In this document: positions 38,325-49,009 of the stretch, piece by piece
Layout: every line of letters starts with the position of its first letter
Position numbering within the stretch: position 1 is the stretch's first letter
From: Guillardia theta CCMP2712
Lineage: Eukaryota > Protista > Cryptophyta
Direction: 5' to 3'
DNA length: 64,000 nt
Assembly: GCF_000315625.1 (NCBI RefSeq)
Contig: NW_005434655.1
Span: 342,393 to 406,392 of the forward strand
Program-made: the position numbers and the translations under genes
The notes under the pieces: generated by a model
The model's database searches: none
The model's input: the letters and a program-made list of their open reading frames with translations, nothing else
Told to the model about the DNA's origin: nothing

Positions 38325-39450
38325 TCACTTGGACTTTTTCGAGCAGGAGTCGCTCGAGCAGCTCGCTTGCCACCTACATCACAGTGAATCAAAGAGGAGG
38401 CAAACGATGTGGCGAAGGAAGAAATACAAGCAAGGAGGAAGGGAGGAGAATCACCGGAGCGAGAAGCCAGCAGACTGATCGCAGGGCTCGGATCGGAAGG
38501 CGATGAGAACTTCCTTATCGGGGATGTAGAGCGAGTGATCGGGAGGCTCGATGCCTGAGAAAGGCGTAAGATGGTGAGGAGGGGACAGCCAAAAACCAGT
38601 GTAGGTCTTGTAGGCAAGCATAGAGTCTTGCTCCTCGCTTGTCTTGAACCGCTCGATCGCCTCCTCTCCCGTGTAGATGCGAATGTGCCCGTGAGTCTGG
38701 CAGCTGCTGTTAGGAAGGCTTGAGATAACAGAGACGCGGAAAAGGCCAAGTGAAAAGAGAAGGGCAAGGAAGGTGGGAAGCAAGAAAGAAGAAGCATCAA
38801 GACAGAGAAAGGAGAAGCAGGGAAGATGAGAGGAGGGCAGAAGAAGCAAGGGAAGGAGGGCAGGAGGGGAGCGAGGAAAGGAGAAAGGATGAACGACCCC
38901 TGTTAGATGGAAGGACTCGAAGTCTAGAGTCATAGAGTCTGTCCCTGTCGGTGCTTTGATCAGCCACCTGCCGTCACTTCAGCTCCTGCCCAGCTCGACT
39001 AAATGCCAGCTGACCGACAGTCTGCTCCCTGCTTGAAGGAGATGGGATGCGGGGACCCCGAGTCAATCTCTCCTTCCTGCGGGCCATCGATGACCACCAA
39101 ACCTGTGCCAGAGCTTCACTGCTAGGCTGATGAGAGCCGAGAAGACGACAAGGCAGAGCAACAAAGAAAATGAGCGGCGCAGGGGAGCAGGGGAGCAGGG
39201 GAGCAGCGAGTGCTGGCCTCCTGAGGTTAGTCTCACCTCTGCAGGAGCCTGGAGGAAGGGGGCCAATTGGCTTGTCGATCCCGTTGCATCGAGTGAAGGC
39301 TGTTGGGCCTCGGCTAGTCGCTGTTGTATCGTTGACTTTGACCGTCTCGTTCAAACCTGAAGGGGCAGCAGGAGCTGCGGCAATCGAGCCGTTCACCCTC
39401 GAAGTGCTTCCCCCCTGCTCTGCCGGTCAACTCAAAGCTGCCATGATTGC
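38325..39450 (-). CDS. CUB-domain-encoding exons, probably the 3' part of the gene starting at 41262
   Basis: SCRG|...GEIDSGSPHPISFKQGADCR|WLIKAPTGTDSMTLDFESFHL...EVLIAFRSEPCDQSAGFSLR|W matches the CUB pattern. Confidence 0.65.
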
Positions 39451-39664
39451 CAGCACATTGACCGTAACGTGTGGACGTGGAACATCAGAAGCTTCATCGA
39501 CCTACGACAACAGACGCATTAAGCTCATACTGACGTTACGAAGAGAGAGGATCTTGTTGTGGTCGACGGCTCGTCGCACCTGATTGATCGGAGTAGAAGA
39601 CTCTCCTTCATCCTCGTCGCGCCCTCGTCCTGTTCAACATCCAGCTTAAGCCGTAAGAACAAAG

Positions 39665-39838
39665 AATCTATCCCGAGCCAATCTATCCCAAGCCAATCTA
39701 TCCCAAGCCAATCTATCCCAAGCCAATCTATCCCAAGCCAATCTATCCCAAGCCAATCTATCCCAAGCCAATCTATCCCAAGCCAATCTATCCCAAGCCA
39801 ATCTATCCCAAGCCAATCTATCCCAAGCCAATCTATCC
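39665..39838. repeat. 15-bp minisatellite (AGCCAATCTATCCCA) x ~11.5
   Basis: Near-perfect tandem array. Confidence 0.95.
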
Positions 39839-40242
39839 CCGTCATCACCAGCAGTGCGATCGATCGACGGCTCTTCTCTCTGATCATGTACCAAAGCAGT
39901 CAAAGCAAGAATTTTCAGCTTTGATCAATTACGATCTCCACGCTTCGTATGCTAACGTCGCTGAGTGGTAAGACCAAACCTGAAAGACAATAAGATATGC
40001 ATTTTGCGAAGCCTGTTGCTCAACCTTTGGAGATTGCATAGATCAAGACATTCCTGCAAATCAAATTTTGAGCTCTTCTTCTCACACAATCATCACCGCA
40101 CCTGTCTGTCTCCGAGAAAGGCTTGCCTAGTTTTCCATGCGATCTCAGCCAAAAGTACACGAGACTTGAATTGAAGTGCTATTACCTTCATCATTCGAGA
40201 TCCAAATTCTCGCTGAAACTGTTTTACTCCCGTTCTTCTCCT

Positions 40243-41262
40243 TCACGATGGATGGGTAATCGTTTGCCATGGCTTTTCCAGGTCCCTGGCATCACGAATG
40301 AAGAGTATGAAGCGCTCCAGTCTTCTCACCTTTGCCCAGAGCGGCAGCTCGTAGTCCATGAGAGCTTGACTCAAAGATCCACTCGCGAGAGGGGCAAAAC
40401 TTGTTTGCCGTACCTCTAAGTCGCCGATTGCGCTCTCTTGATACGGCGTCGTTGCTATCTCGAAGAAAGCTGCAGCTAGTGCTGCTGGACTCCAAGAAGA
40501 TCGAGTGGTCGCGAGTCCGATGTTCACCAAATACCCCTCTCTTGGGCTCTTCTCCTGCTGTTGGCTTTTTTCGCTCTCACCCGTCCTTGCAATTGAAGTT
40601 TCTTCGTTTGACGCTGAGCTTTCACCGACCTGCGAATGAGCGCGCTTTTTATCCTCGTGAGTCTTGAAGGAGGCAGCGCTGAATGCTCGCTCTAGATTGA
40701 ATTGCGCAAAGACATCTTCGACGTTTCCAAGTATGCTGGAATCATCTTTCAGCTCCTTGCTCCTTCCCCTGTTTTCAAAGCTTGCTTGCAAGTGTTTCGT
40801 GACTGAGTTCCTAATCCAGTGTTCGTCTTGAAGCGATTTCAACAATCGTGTCTTGATGCGGTACACGGCTTTCTTGAAATCTGTAGAACTATACTGAACT
40901 TGACGATTCAACAGGTCTTTGGACAAGTATTGGCCTCCCTCCCGTCCATGTTTATCTTCATCCCCGTCACCATGATCACCAGAGGAGTAAACTTCATGCT
41001 CCGTCAACCTCTCCTGCCGTTGCGCCCTTTCCTGCATTCTCGATGTTTCTTCCCCTTCGTTTATGAATTTTGAGGCTCTGTCTTCGAGTCGGGCAAAGAC
41101 GTTTTCTCTGGCATTTCCTAACGTGCTCAAATACTTCTCTTGCAGCTCAGCATGCTGTTCATGTTGCTCCGTGGGGAAGTCTACTACGTAATTGTATGCG
41201 AGTGTTATAAGCAGGAGCGCTAGACAAATCGCTAGACCCTCTCTCCCTCGCAAGGCCATCAT
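40243..41262 (-). CDS. Type II membrane or signal-anchored hypothetical protein, first exon(s)
   Basis: N-terminal hydrophobic anchor LAICLALLLITLAY and a 339-aa ORF; further short exons lie downstream. Confidence 0.6.
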   Translation of the reverse strand: MMALRGREGLAICLALLLITLAYNYVVDFPTEQHEQHAELQEKYLSTLGNARENVFARLEDRASKFINEGEETSRMQERAQRQERLTEHEVYSSGDHGDGDEDKHGREGGQYLSKDLLNRQVQYSSTDFKKAVYRIKTRLLKSLQDEHWIRNSVTKHLQASFENRGRSKELKDDSSILGNVEDVFAQFNLERAFSAASFKTHEDKKRAHSQVGESSASNEETSIARTGESEKSQQQEKSPREGYLVNIGLATTRSSWSPAALAAAFFEIATTPYQESAIGDLEVRQTSFAPLASGSLSQALMDYELPLWAKVRRLERFILFIRDARDLEKPWQTITHPS

Positions 41263-42231
41263 CAGGCTAGCAAACTTTGAATCTCATGAATCATCGATCA
41301 CAGGCATCATCGGATATCAGTCCAACAACCGTCAGTGTGGACGGGCCCCCTGACTTGGTTTTTCAGCTCAGCGACTCGTGGCGTTCAGGCGAGTCACGGT
41401 GGCAGCCTCTGCATGACCGTCAGGCTTCATCCCGCGCCCTTCCTGGCTCTCCAAGGCTCGCCATGCTGTTCCCGAAATAGTTGACAACCTCGACCTGTTG
41501 GCGAAACGGCTCAGTAACGGCCTGAGACTTTCAGGTCACGGGTGCCGCCGTAGTAGCCTGACACGGTGAATCAGGCCTAGAGGCCCTGAACCAGCCGAAG
41601 GGAAACCGTTGAACGGTCACTCACTCGGACCGTGGCCGACTCTGACACTCACAGAGTGGAACCACAGTGACTGACCGTTTAGCGGCATCATGACTGCCAG
41701 TAATGACTCGTAGCAGATCTTGGCCGTCGCTGACACAGACGATTGCATGGCTGTGCACAGCTGGCTCGAAGTCGCGGCTCAGCACATGTATGCTCCGCAG
41801 GCTCACTGGCTGCTCCGCCCGGGCCCGGCACCGCACTGCACCGTCGCGGCAGCCTCGGACGGGCCGCCCGGCGGGCCGGCCCGGCGGGAGCCACCGTGCC
41901 AGGCCCTCTGCCGCGGCAGTGAGGACAACTCTAGTCCGTGACTATGTGACCAGCCGCGCGCCGGGACTGCCCGTTTATCTGGCATGGCACGGTAGGCAGC
42001 TGAGTGCCGCCCCGGGCCGAGCTTCAAGCCTGGGCTAGTAGGGCTACTAAACGGTGCGGCGGGCCCGGCGCCGGGTCCGGCCCGGTCGGGCCGCGGCTCC
42101 GGGATTGAGGCCTGAGCCTGTGATGAGACTCACGAAGCTGTCCGTAGCCCATAGACCCGTTACAGCCAACCTGCCACGGTAGGTCCGAGGGGCCCAGACA
42201 AATGACCCAAACTGCCACCGATCCGATGAAA

Positions 42232-42274
42232 CCACCCCACCCCACCCCACCCCACCCCACCCCACCCCACCCCA
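42232..42274. repeat. (CCCCA)n microsatellite with G-quadruplex potential on the minus strand
   Basis: About 8 copies. Confidence 0.85.
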
Positions 42275-44188
42275 AGCAGCTGCAGCGGCACTTGTCTTAC
42301 CGCTACCCTTGTCGTAACGGGCTTCGGCAAATCTCTACCTTTCGGAGCCTCCCGGTTACCGGACGGTAGTCCGTAGTACGGGGGTGGTCAAGTACTGTAC
42401 TCACTTTGAGTACCCCCTCATTCCCCGGATGATCCCTGTGCAGTGCGCCTGGACACAACTACTCGGACCGTACCCGGGGGTGGACCCTACCCTTTGTGCT
42501 ACATCTTGAAGTCAACCCGGTGATCGGACCCCCCCTGGCTTTTGAAGTGTAACAGTCAGGGGAATGAAGATGCTGCTAGTACTGGCCGATGACCTACGAC
42601 GGCAGGTCGTAGCCCCTCGCTACCGTGCCGGGAGTCAGGCTCAGTGGAGTGGGTAGGGGTAGGGTACATACGGTAGGCGATGGTAGTTCATAATCGTAAC
42701 TGCCAGACTTGAAATTCACACCCACCCCCTCATAATCCATCACGTGCTCAGTGCTAGCTAGGCCGGAGGGGTGGATTGAGAGCCGAGGTGCTGCGGCCAG
42801 GCAGGGGTAGTGGGAGGCCTCGGATGTTCGTGGGCATAGTAGCGTGAGAGCAGATGGGTCACTGATGACTCTCCTTGTCTCAGGTACCAGGGGTAGGGGG
42901 TAGGGTAGTGATTACCTACATTTGGGGGGACAACTGGGTGGGTGGTGTGATCAGAAGATGTTGTGATGCCAATAACAGTAGCAACGAGTCTCAGAATCCT
43001 GCCTAGAACAGGGGGGTGGGGGCAGTTGTACAGGGGGTGGCCAGATGCCGCCACAGGCTCGAAGCGGGAGTAATCATTTTTGCAAGGAGAGGGATTGGGA
43101 CGGGTAAAAACACCCTTAGCTGCTGCTGAAAAAGGGGGTAGGGTATTGTCTACAGACGGACTTGAGGGAAAGATTCTTTAACGGTATGAAAAAGACAGAG
43201 GGGGTCGGGGTACTGCCATTGGTATCAGATAGATTCAGGGTCCTAGGAGCTGGCTGTAGGAGAAGTTAAAAATGGGGGGGTGGGGTTGGGGTCGATAAAA
43301 TCGAAAACAAGCAAACACTCAGTTAACAGGAGGGGGTTGCGAGTTTAGAACCATTCGTACGATGGGGGTGGGTCGTATACCCCTCTTCAAACATGAGTGG
43401 CAGGCATCATAGCTAGGGTGGTGTGCAAAGTTTCTGAGTCGTAGGGTCGGCATTCAAAAAGGGGTAGGTGACAAGGGGGTGGGGTGGAGCTGGTCGGGGG
43501 ATGTAAGTGTTTGAATCAAGGTAGGGCCGACGGTCGTTTGTACGAGGAGGAGTAGGAGGAACTCCTCGTACCGGTATTTTTGAAGTGCAACACTGGGGTG
43601 GGGGGGTAGTCCTGGTACTAAAGGGATGTGACACGGCTAACTGGAGGCGCGCAGGGATGCACACGAGGGGAGGAAGGAGAGGGCGAGAGTGAGAGGACGC
43701 GGCGTGTTGGGAGGGCTGTGCTTGATAATCAAACAGCATTGGTGCTAAAAAGAGATCTCAAAGAGAGGAGGGCGCCATTCGAATTGAAAGAAGGTGGAAA
43801 GGTGGGTTACTATACCGCAGAGGATAAAGATGTGCAGTACAAGCTTGCGTAGTGCCGACGGATGAAATCATCGATTTAGCTGAGGTAAGATCATGAATGT
43901 TGATAATCACTCATGAACAGCTCAAGGTGGAATTGTACTCATTTGATTTGCAGGTTTTACGCAGAGCACATTTGAATTTTTCCGTTATCGATTTCTCCAA
44001 CGCGAAAGCAACATCTATTGAACACGAGTACTCTTGTCAACAAATTGTATTCGAACTTCTTGTAGGAGCAAAGTTCAAATCATCAAACCTGAATCCCTGG
44101 TTTTTCTCGCATAAGCTTTTCAGCATCGGATATTACTCCCTTGGCTATTACTTCCTTGGCAATTTCGCACTTGCAGAATAACGGAGAC

Positions 44189-46107
44189 ATGAAGCAAAAG
44201 AAAGATCAAGGCGTTCCGCTGATTCTTGATACCGATAAAAACAGTGTCTGTGTGGAATATCGCTCAGAATATGACAGAGACCATTCCTGCTCAGACTCGG
44301 TGTGTCCAGCAGATACTGAGAGCCTGGCCTCAGATGACACTGCCATGTCTTTTCATGATGATACCGCCTTTCCAAGATCAACTGAAGTTAAATCATCCAA
44401 AGTTATGAGCAACCTCTCCGAGTTGAGGGCCATAAATTCAACGAGAAATCGGCAAACTCAAAGGGGTACACAAAAATCGAGGAGTTACATGATCCACGCA
44501 AACAGGCCTACCCTGGAGCAGATCAACTTTAACAAAGAGCTCTCAAGAATGAACAGAGCTGAACAAATTTTGAATTCTGTCAGCACTGCAATTGACAACA
44601 AGTGTAATCTGAACGGGACAAATTTGTCAACTGCTCTGCATAGACTAGTGGTCAAGGGCGGTCAGAGAATGAAAAACGTGGATACAGATCCTAGACTTAC
44701 CAATCTTTTGAGATCGCTGCGGAATGCATTAGAGGTAACTTGTTATAAGGAAACCGTTTCGATCGATCCTGACGCTATATCTTCTAGAACAAAGCAAAAG
44801 ACTTCAATTCAAGAGAGCTTGCGAATACAGCATGGGCAATCGCAAAGCTCAAGGTTACCGATGCTCAAATTCTGCTGAAGTTGATTCAAGAGGAGTGCCT
44901 GGATCGCTGTCTGTTTGAATTCAATTGGCAAGACATTTCCAACATGGTAACATCTTTGACATGTTGAATCTGATTGTCTGACTATGAGGTACAGTTGTGG
45001 GGGTTTGCAACTTTAAAATGTCCTGCTAGAGAGTTGTTTCATCGATTTTCCGTGCAAGTATTGGACAGAGATCTCGATGATGCTTGCCCACAAGTTCTCT
45101 CAAACATCGTTTGGTCATTTGGAACATTGGGCTATTTTGATGACGAATTGGTCGACAAGATTTCATCCCATGTTCTTGTAAGAGGACTAGATGGCTTCAA
45201 GCCAATGGAAGTCTCTAGCATGATATGGGGTATGGCAGCGTTGGGGCATACAAATGAGAGATTGTTTGAAAAAGTCTCGGAACACGTTATGAGCACCGGA
45301 TTAGAAGGGTTCAATGCACCCAAGATCTCAATCATCGCTTGGTCTTTTGCAAGGGCAAGGTTCCAGGCCGAAGACCTCTTCTCCCTGATAGAGGAATTTG
45401 TGGTAGAGAAGGGCATGTCATCATTCAATAGTCAAAACATTGCCTGCATTCTTTGGGCATTTGCAGTGTTCGGTCGCATGACAGATGACTTGTTGGCCTG
45501 TGCAGAAGAGCAGATTTGGAGTGTGGGGTTTTCGGGATTCAGTGATCAGAGCTTTGTGGACCTTCTGTGGGCTTTTGCGGCATCTGATTTGACTGGCACA
45601 TGCACACACAGTGGCGAGGATACTGTCAAGTTGGCGGCTGCTTATCTTCGTAAACGTTCGATTCGATCCTTTTCTCCTAAACAACTCTCAACAATGGCGT
45701 GGGCATTTGCTCGACTTGGGCAATTCCACGATCAGGCCTTCTACTCTCTTGAACAGGAGATTCTGCGACGAGATATCAGTGAATTTGATACCTCGGAGAT
45801 GACTTTCATTGCCAACGCATTTCGTGCGTACAGGAACTCAAGAAACATTGCAAATATGTGCAACCTGTCTGGCATCGGTATCCGTTTGTTGTCTCGATTG
45901 GACGCAGAAGAATCTTCTGCTACAACGGTCGAATGCAACACACCGGAAAGCGTTTCCGATTGTGAACTCTGGCCTGAAGAAACAGAGTGTGAAGTTTTCA
46001 AGAAGGGCGAAGTTTTCAAGGCAAAGGTGGTGGAGAAGCATCACAAGAAATGTGCAAGTGTTCGTTCAGAGCGACTTGATGCTTGCATTCCTTTCCAGGC
46101 TTGCTAG
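44189..46107 (+). CDS. Octotricopeptide-like (OPR/FASTK-type) helical repeat RNA-binding protein
   Basis: About nine 38-aa repeats, e.g. FNSRELANTAWAIAKL, PQVLSNIVWSFGTLG, FKPMEVSSMIWGMAALG, FNSQNIACILWAFAVFG, FSPKQLSTMAWAFARLG. Two short introns. Confidence 0.8.
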
Positions 46108-46254
46108 TGCCCCTTTGTAAGATACCCACGGCGTTTTTCTCTGTACATTTGTCATGATAATTGATGTCTAGAACACTTCCACTCATGCTGGGCTTCAGCT
46201 TGCAGAATATTCTTTCTCAAAAAATAAAATTTAACATGAACTAGGATTACGAGA

Positions 46255-48370
46255 CTATGAAACCAATACGTCCGCGGCTCCCAGGTATACATTCGCGTGT
46301 GCATTTATAGTAGCTCTGCAGTGAAATCATTTGATTGTTTGTAACTCAATGATACCTGAATTCCGGGCTAGCAGGGCTCATGTCCCTTGGATAGCCTCCG
46401 CCCATGGTCACCACGAGCCTGATCTTGTGATCTGACTGCAGCTGAGCTCTAGCATCACTACAGGGATACGAATCAACCTAAAGCTGTCTTATATACAAGA
46501 GCATCCCTTGCACGGAGCTTCTCAAGTGTCACTTCTACCGCCTGTAGGATCACGATACGTTACCCCGTCTAAAGTCAGATTGGCTCGTCCCAGCTTATCA
46601 CCACCAAGACAGTCAACTCCTGACTGCAGTCGCAAGTGAGATGAGGAAGGCGTATAAGCAGCGAAGGAGGTTGTCGACCTGATAGAAGATGAGATCGGGC
46701 TGCGAGCGATCCACAGCAAGGGGCAGCCAATAGTGCAGCAGGCTCATGTAGTCATCATCCTTGGGGAGCTGGTCATGGTCTGTCTCAGCAGGGTGATCGG
46801 CTGACCTTACAATGGACGGGAATCTCTACATCGAGATCGCTTTTCTGCCGTTCGCTGAAGAAGTTTCCAGCACAATGCATAGAAAACTGTCAGAGAAGAT
46901 TTACATCAGCTGAACCCAAGGATTGAGTACTCTCACCGTGAATACAAACGGATTATCTTGAAATAAAACTGCATTTCCGTTCCCCTGGTAATCTTGTGAG
47001 CCTGGCTGTGAAACAGACATTCTCACCTGGTGCACATCACAATCAACGATCAGAATCTTCTTGATATGTTCATAGTCCCGTAAAGCAACATTGGCAGCAA
47101 CTGGAAAAGCCTTTGGCGAACAGCGACATCACTATGAGAGATACCAGCAATGTCTGAAAATACACAAAACCCTTCACCCCTGCCATACACACATCCTTCA
47201 TGAAAACTCTTGAACAAACTAAATTAACCTGTCTCTGAACGCATGGTGTGTTCCACCAGCAATGTGCCCAGCTAATTTATGTCCTGTGCTCTTTAGTAAT
47301 CTCCCTTTTAGTTCAAGCTTCTTCACCTGCTGGTCCGCAAACGCTGTGCATGGCCGCTACCGTTCCACCTACCGAAGACAACGTGCGCTTCACGCCCTCA
47401 AGATAGCCCTCAGCTCACAGAAGAATTAAGTAGAAGCACCTGCGGGCTCCAAGGGAAACCAATGTTTCTATTCTCCTTGTCTTCCAAAAAGTCAGACGTC
47501 ATCAAGCCTGACAGCTTGAAACCTGTAAGCATGTTGCATAGGAAACGTCTGAGGTACTCATGGCAGTGCCTGTAAGGATACTTAGCGACATTGTCAAGGC
47601 ATGAGCATGAAGATGAGGCAACAAGGGCCTTACGTTGTCCGAATGTCATCTGTCCTTGCAATGGGAGAGGGTTGTAGAACTAGGATGTGGCGTGAGGATT
47701 CGTAGCGGAAAGAGGAGCTGTCACCGATGTTTGGTTTGTTCGCCTGAACACATCCGTGACTAAAACAAATGACATTCTCAGCAGTACGTGATGTATCCTC
47801 TCTCGAACTGCTCGATACTTGTGCATCGGGAACCGATGGCCTTGTCTGCAGGAGGACGCCCCATCAAACTCAGCAAATGGGAGGCCAACTCTGAATATTG
47901 AGACAGATAAATTCAAATAAGGAGGCAGGCAATCATCATTAACATCAATCTTTGCCTAGCCATCAATAAATTCAGAGAATTTATTTCACGCGAGACTGTA
48001 CCAAGGCACTTTGACAGCCAACTTACGGGAGTTCGACATGGTAGATATCATTGTAGAAAAGACGAAGCTGCTTCTCTGCATTCTTCCCTCCCTCCTTTAT
48101 ATGTGATGAAGCGCTCTCATCTTTGATCAGTGGAGCGTGCGAAGAGAACATTCTAGTCCATGGGCCACGACCTAGGATTCTTCCACCATCCTCAAAGAAA
48201 CATCTCAAGGGACGATGAGGGGATGAAGGGGGAAGCGAATGGTGAGACAAGTGAAAATAAGGCAGAGAGGAGAAAGGAGAACAAGGGAGGAAAAATAGTG
48301 TTGACGAGCAGGTCGCGGCCTCTATCGTCGCTGCCATTGTTGCTGCCATTGTCGGCACTAGCGCGAGCAT
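46255..48370 (-). CDS. Histone deacetylase family protein (class IV/HDAC11- or AcuC-like), many exons; start uncertain
   Basis: GHRFPMHKY, IGFPWS, AGGTHHAF, GEGFCVF, LIVDCDVHQ|GNGNA, FSMHC, GVDCLGGDKLG, TMGGGY, NAHANVY. Confidence 0.88.
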
Positions 48371-48608
48371 TTCGTGATCCGGCCAAGGGCGGAGGAGAGG
48401 TGCCGGGCCAACCCTCACTAGTAGGAGCTGTACCCCCTGCTATACCCCCATTTTACCCTTGAATGGATACGGTGGTCAGGATGTTGAGCACACCCCTACT
48501 TTGTTAGTGGAAAAGGAGGGTAGGGGTTATTTAGGTCCTTTAAAACAGTTATACATGGAGGGGCAGTGTGAGGGGAGGGGTACTCTACCCGCAAGAGCAG
48601 TTGCACTG

Positions 48609-48650
48609 AGGGGTATATGACATACCCCTGGGTATATGACATACCCCCCT
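48609..48650. promoter_or_regulatory. Tandem duplicated palindrome GGGTAT-ATGAC-ATACCC in a divergent promoter
   Basis: AGGGGTAT/ATACCCCT 8-bp inverted repeat immediately followed by a second copy. Function inferred only. Confidence 0.4.
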
Positions 48651-49009
48651 GGAGATTATACCCTGACATTGCCTTTGGTTGCCCCTGAATATTGCCTTTA
48701 TGTACCCCTGTTGTGTATACCCCTACCCTCCAGACATTACTACCCCCTACCCCTACCCCCCGGAGGGATAATAAAACCATTCTTACCGAAGATTCTCTCT
48801 CGCCTTATTACCCTACCCCATCAATCATGACCCTCCGGTGAGATGTACCCACCAGGTAAAGTTCAACATTTTATAGTCAAAATGACCGGTGTAGATTCCA
48901 CCCCCATAGTTATAGATGGAGCTGGGATCACTGGACCCTTGCATCCCCCACCATTGTCCGAACCCCTTATTTTGTACTGCAAACCACCGGTAGTGCATCT
49001 CTACTGGCC

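Noticed and set aside
39525-39924. Stand-alone repeat proteins (SIPSQ)n or (DRLAW)n
   Set aside because: These are translations of a stop-free 15-bp minisatellite.
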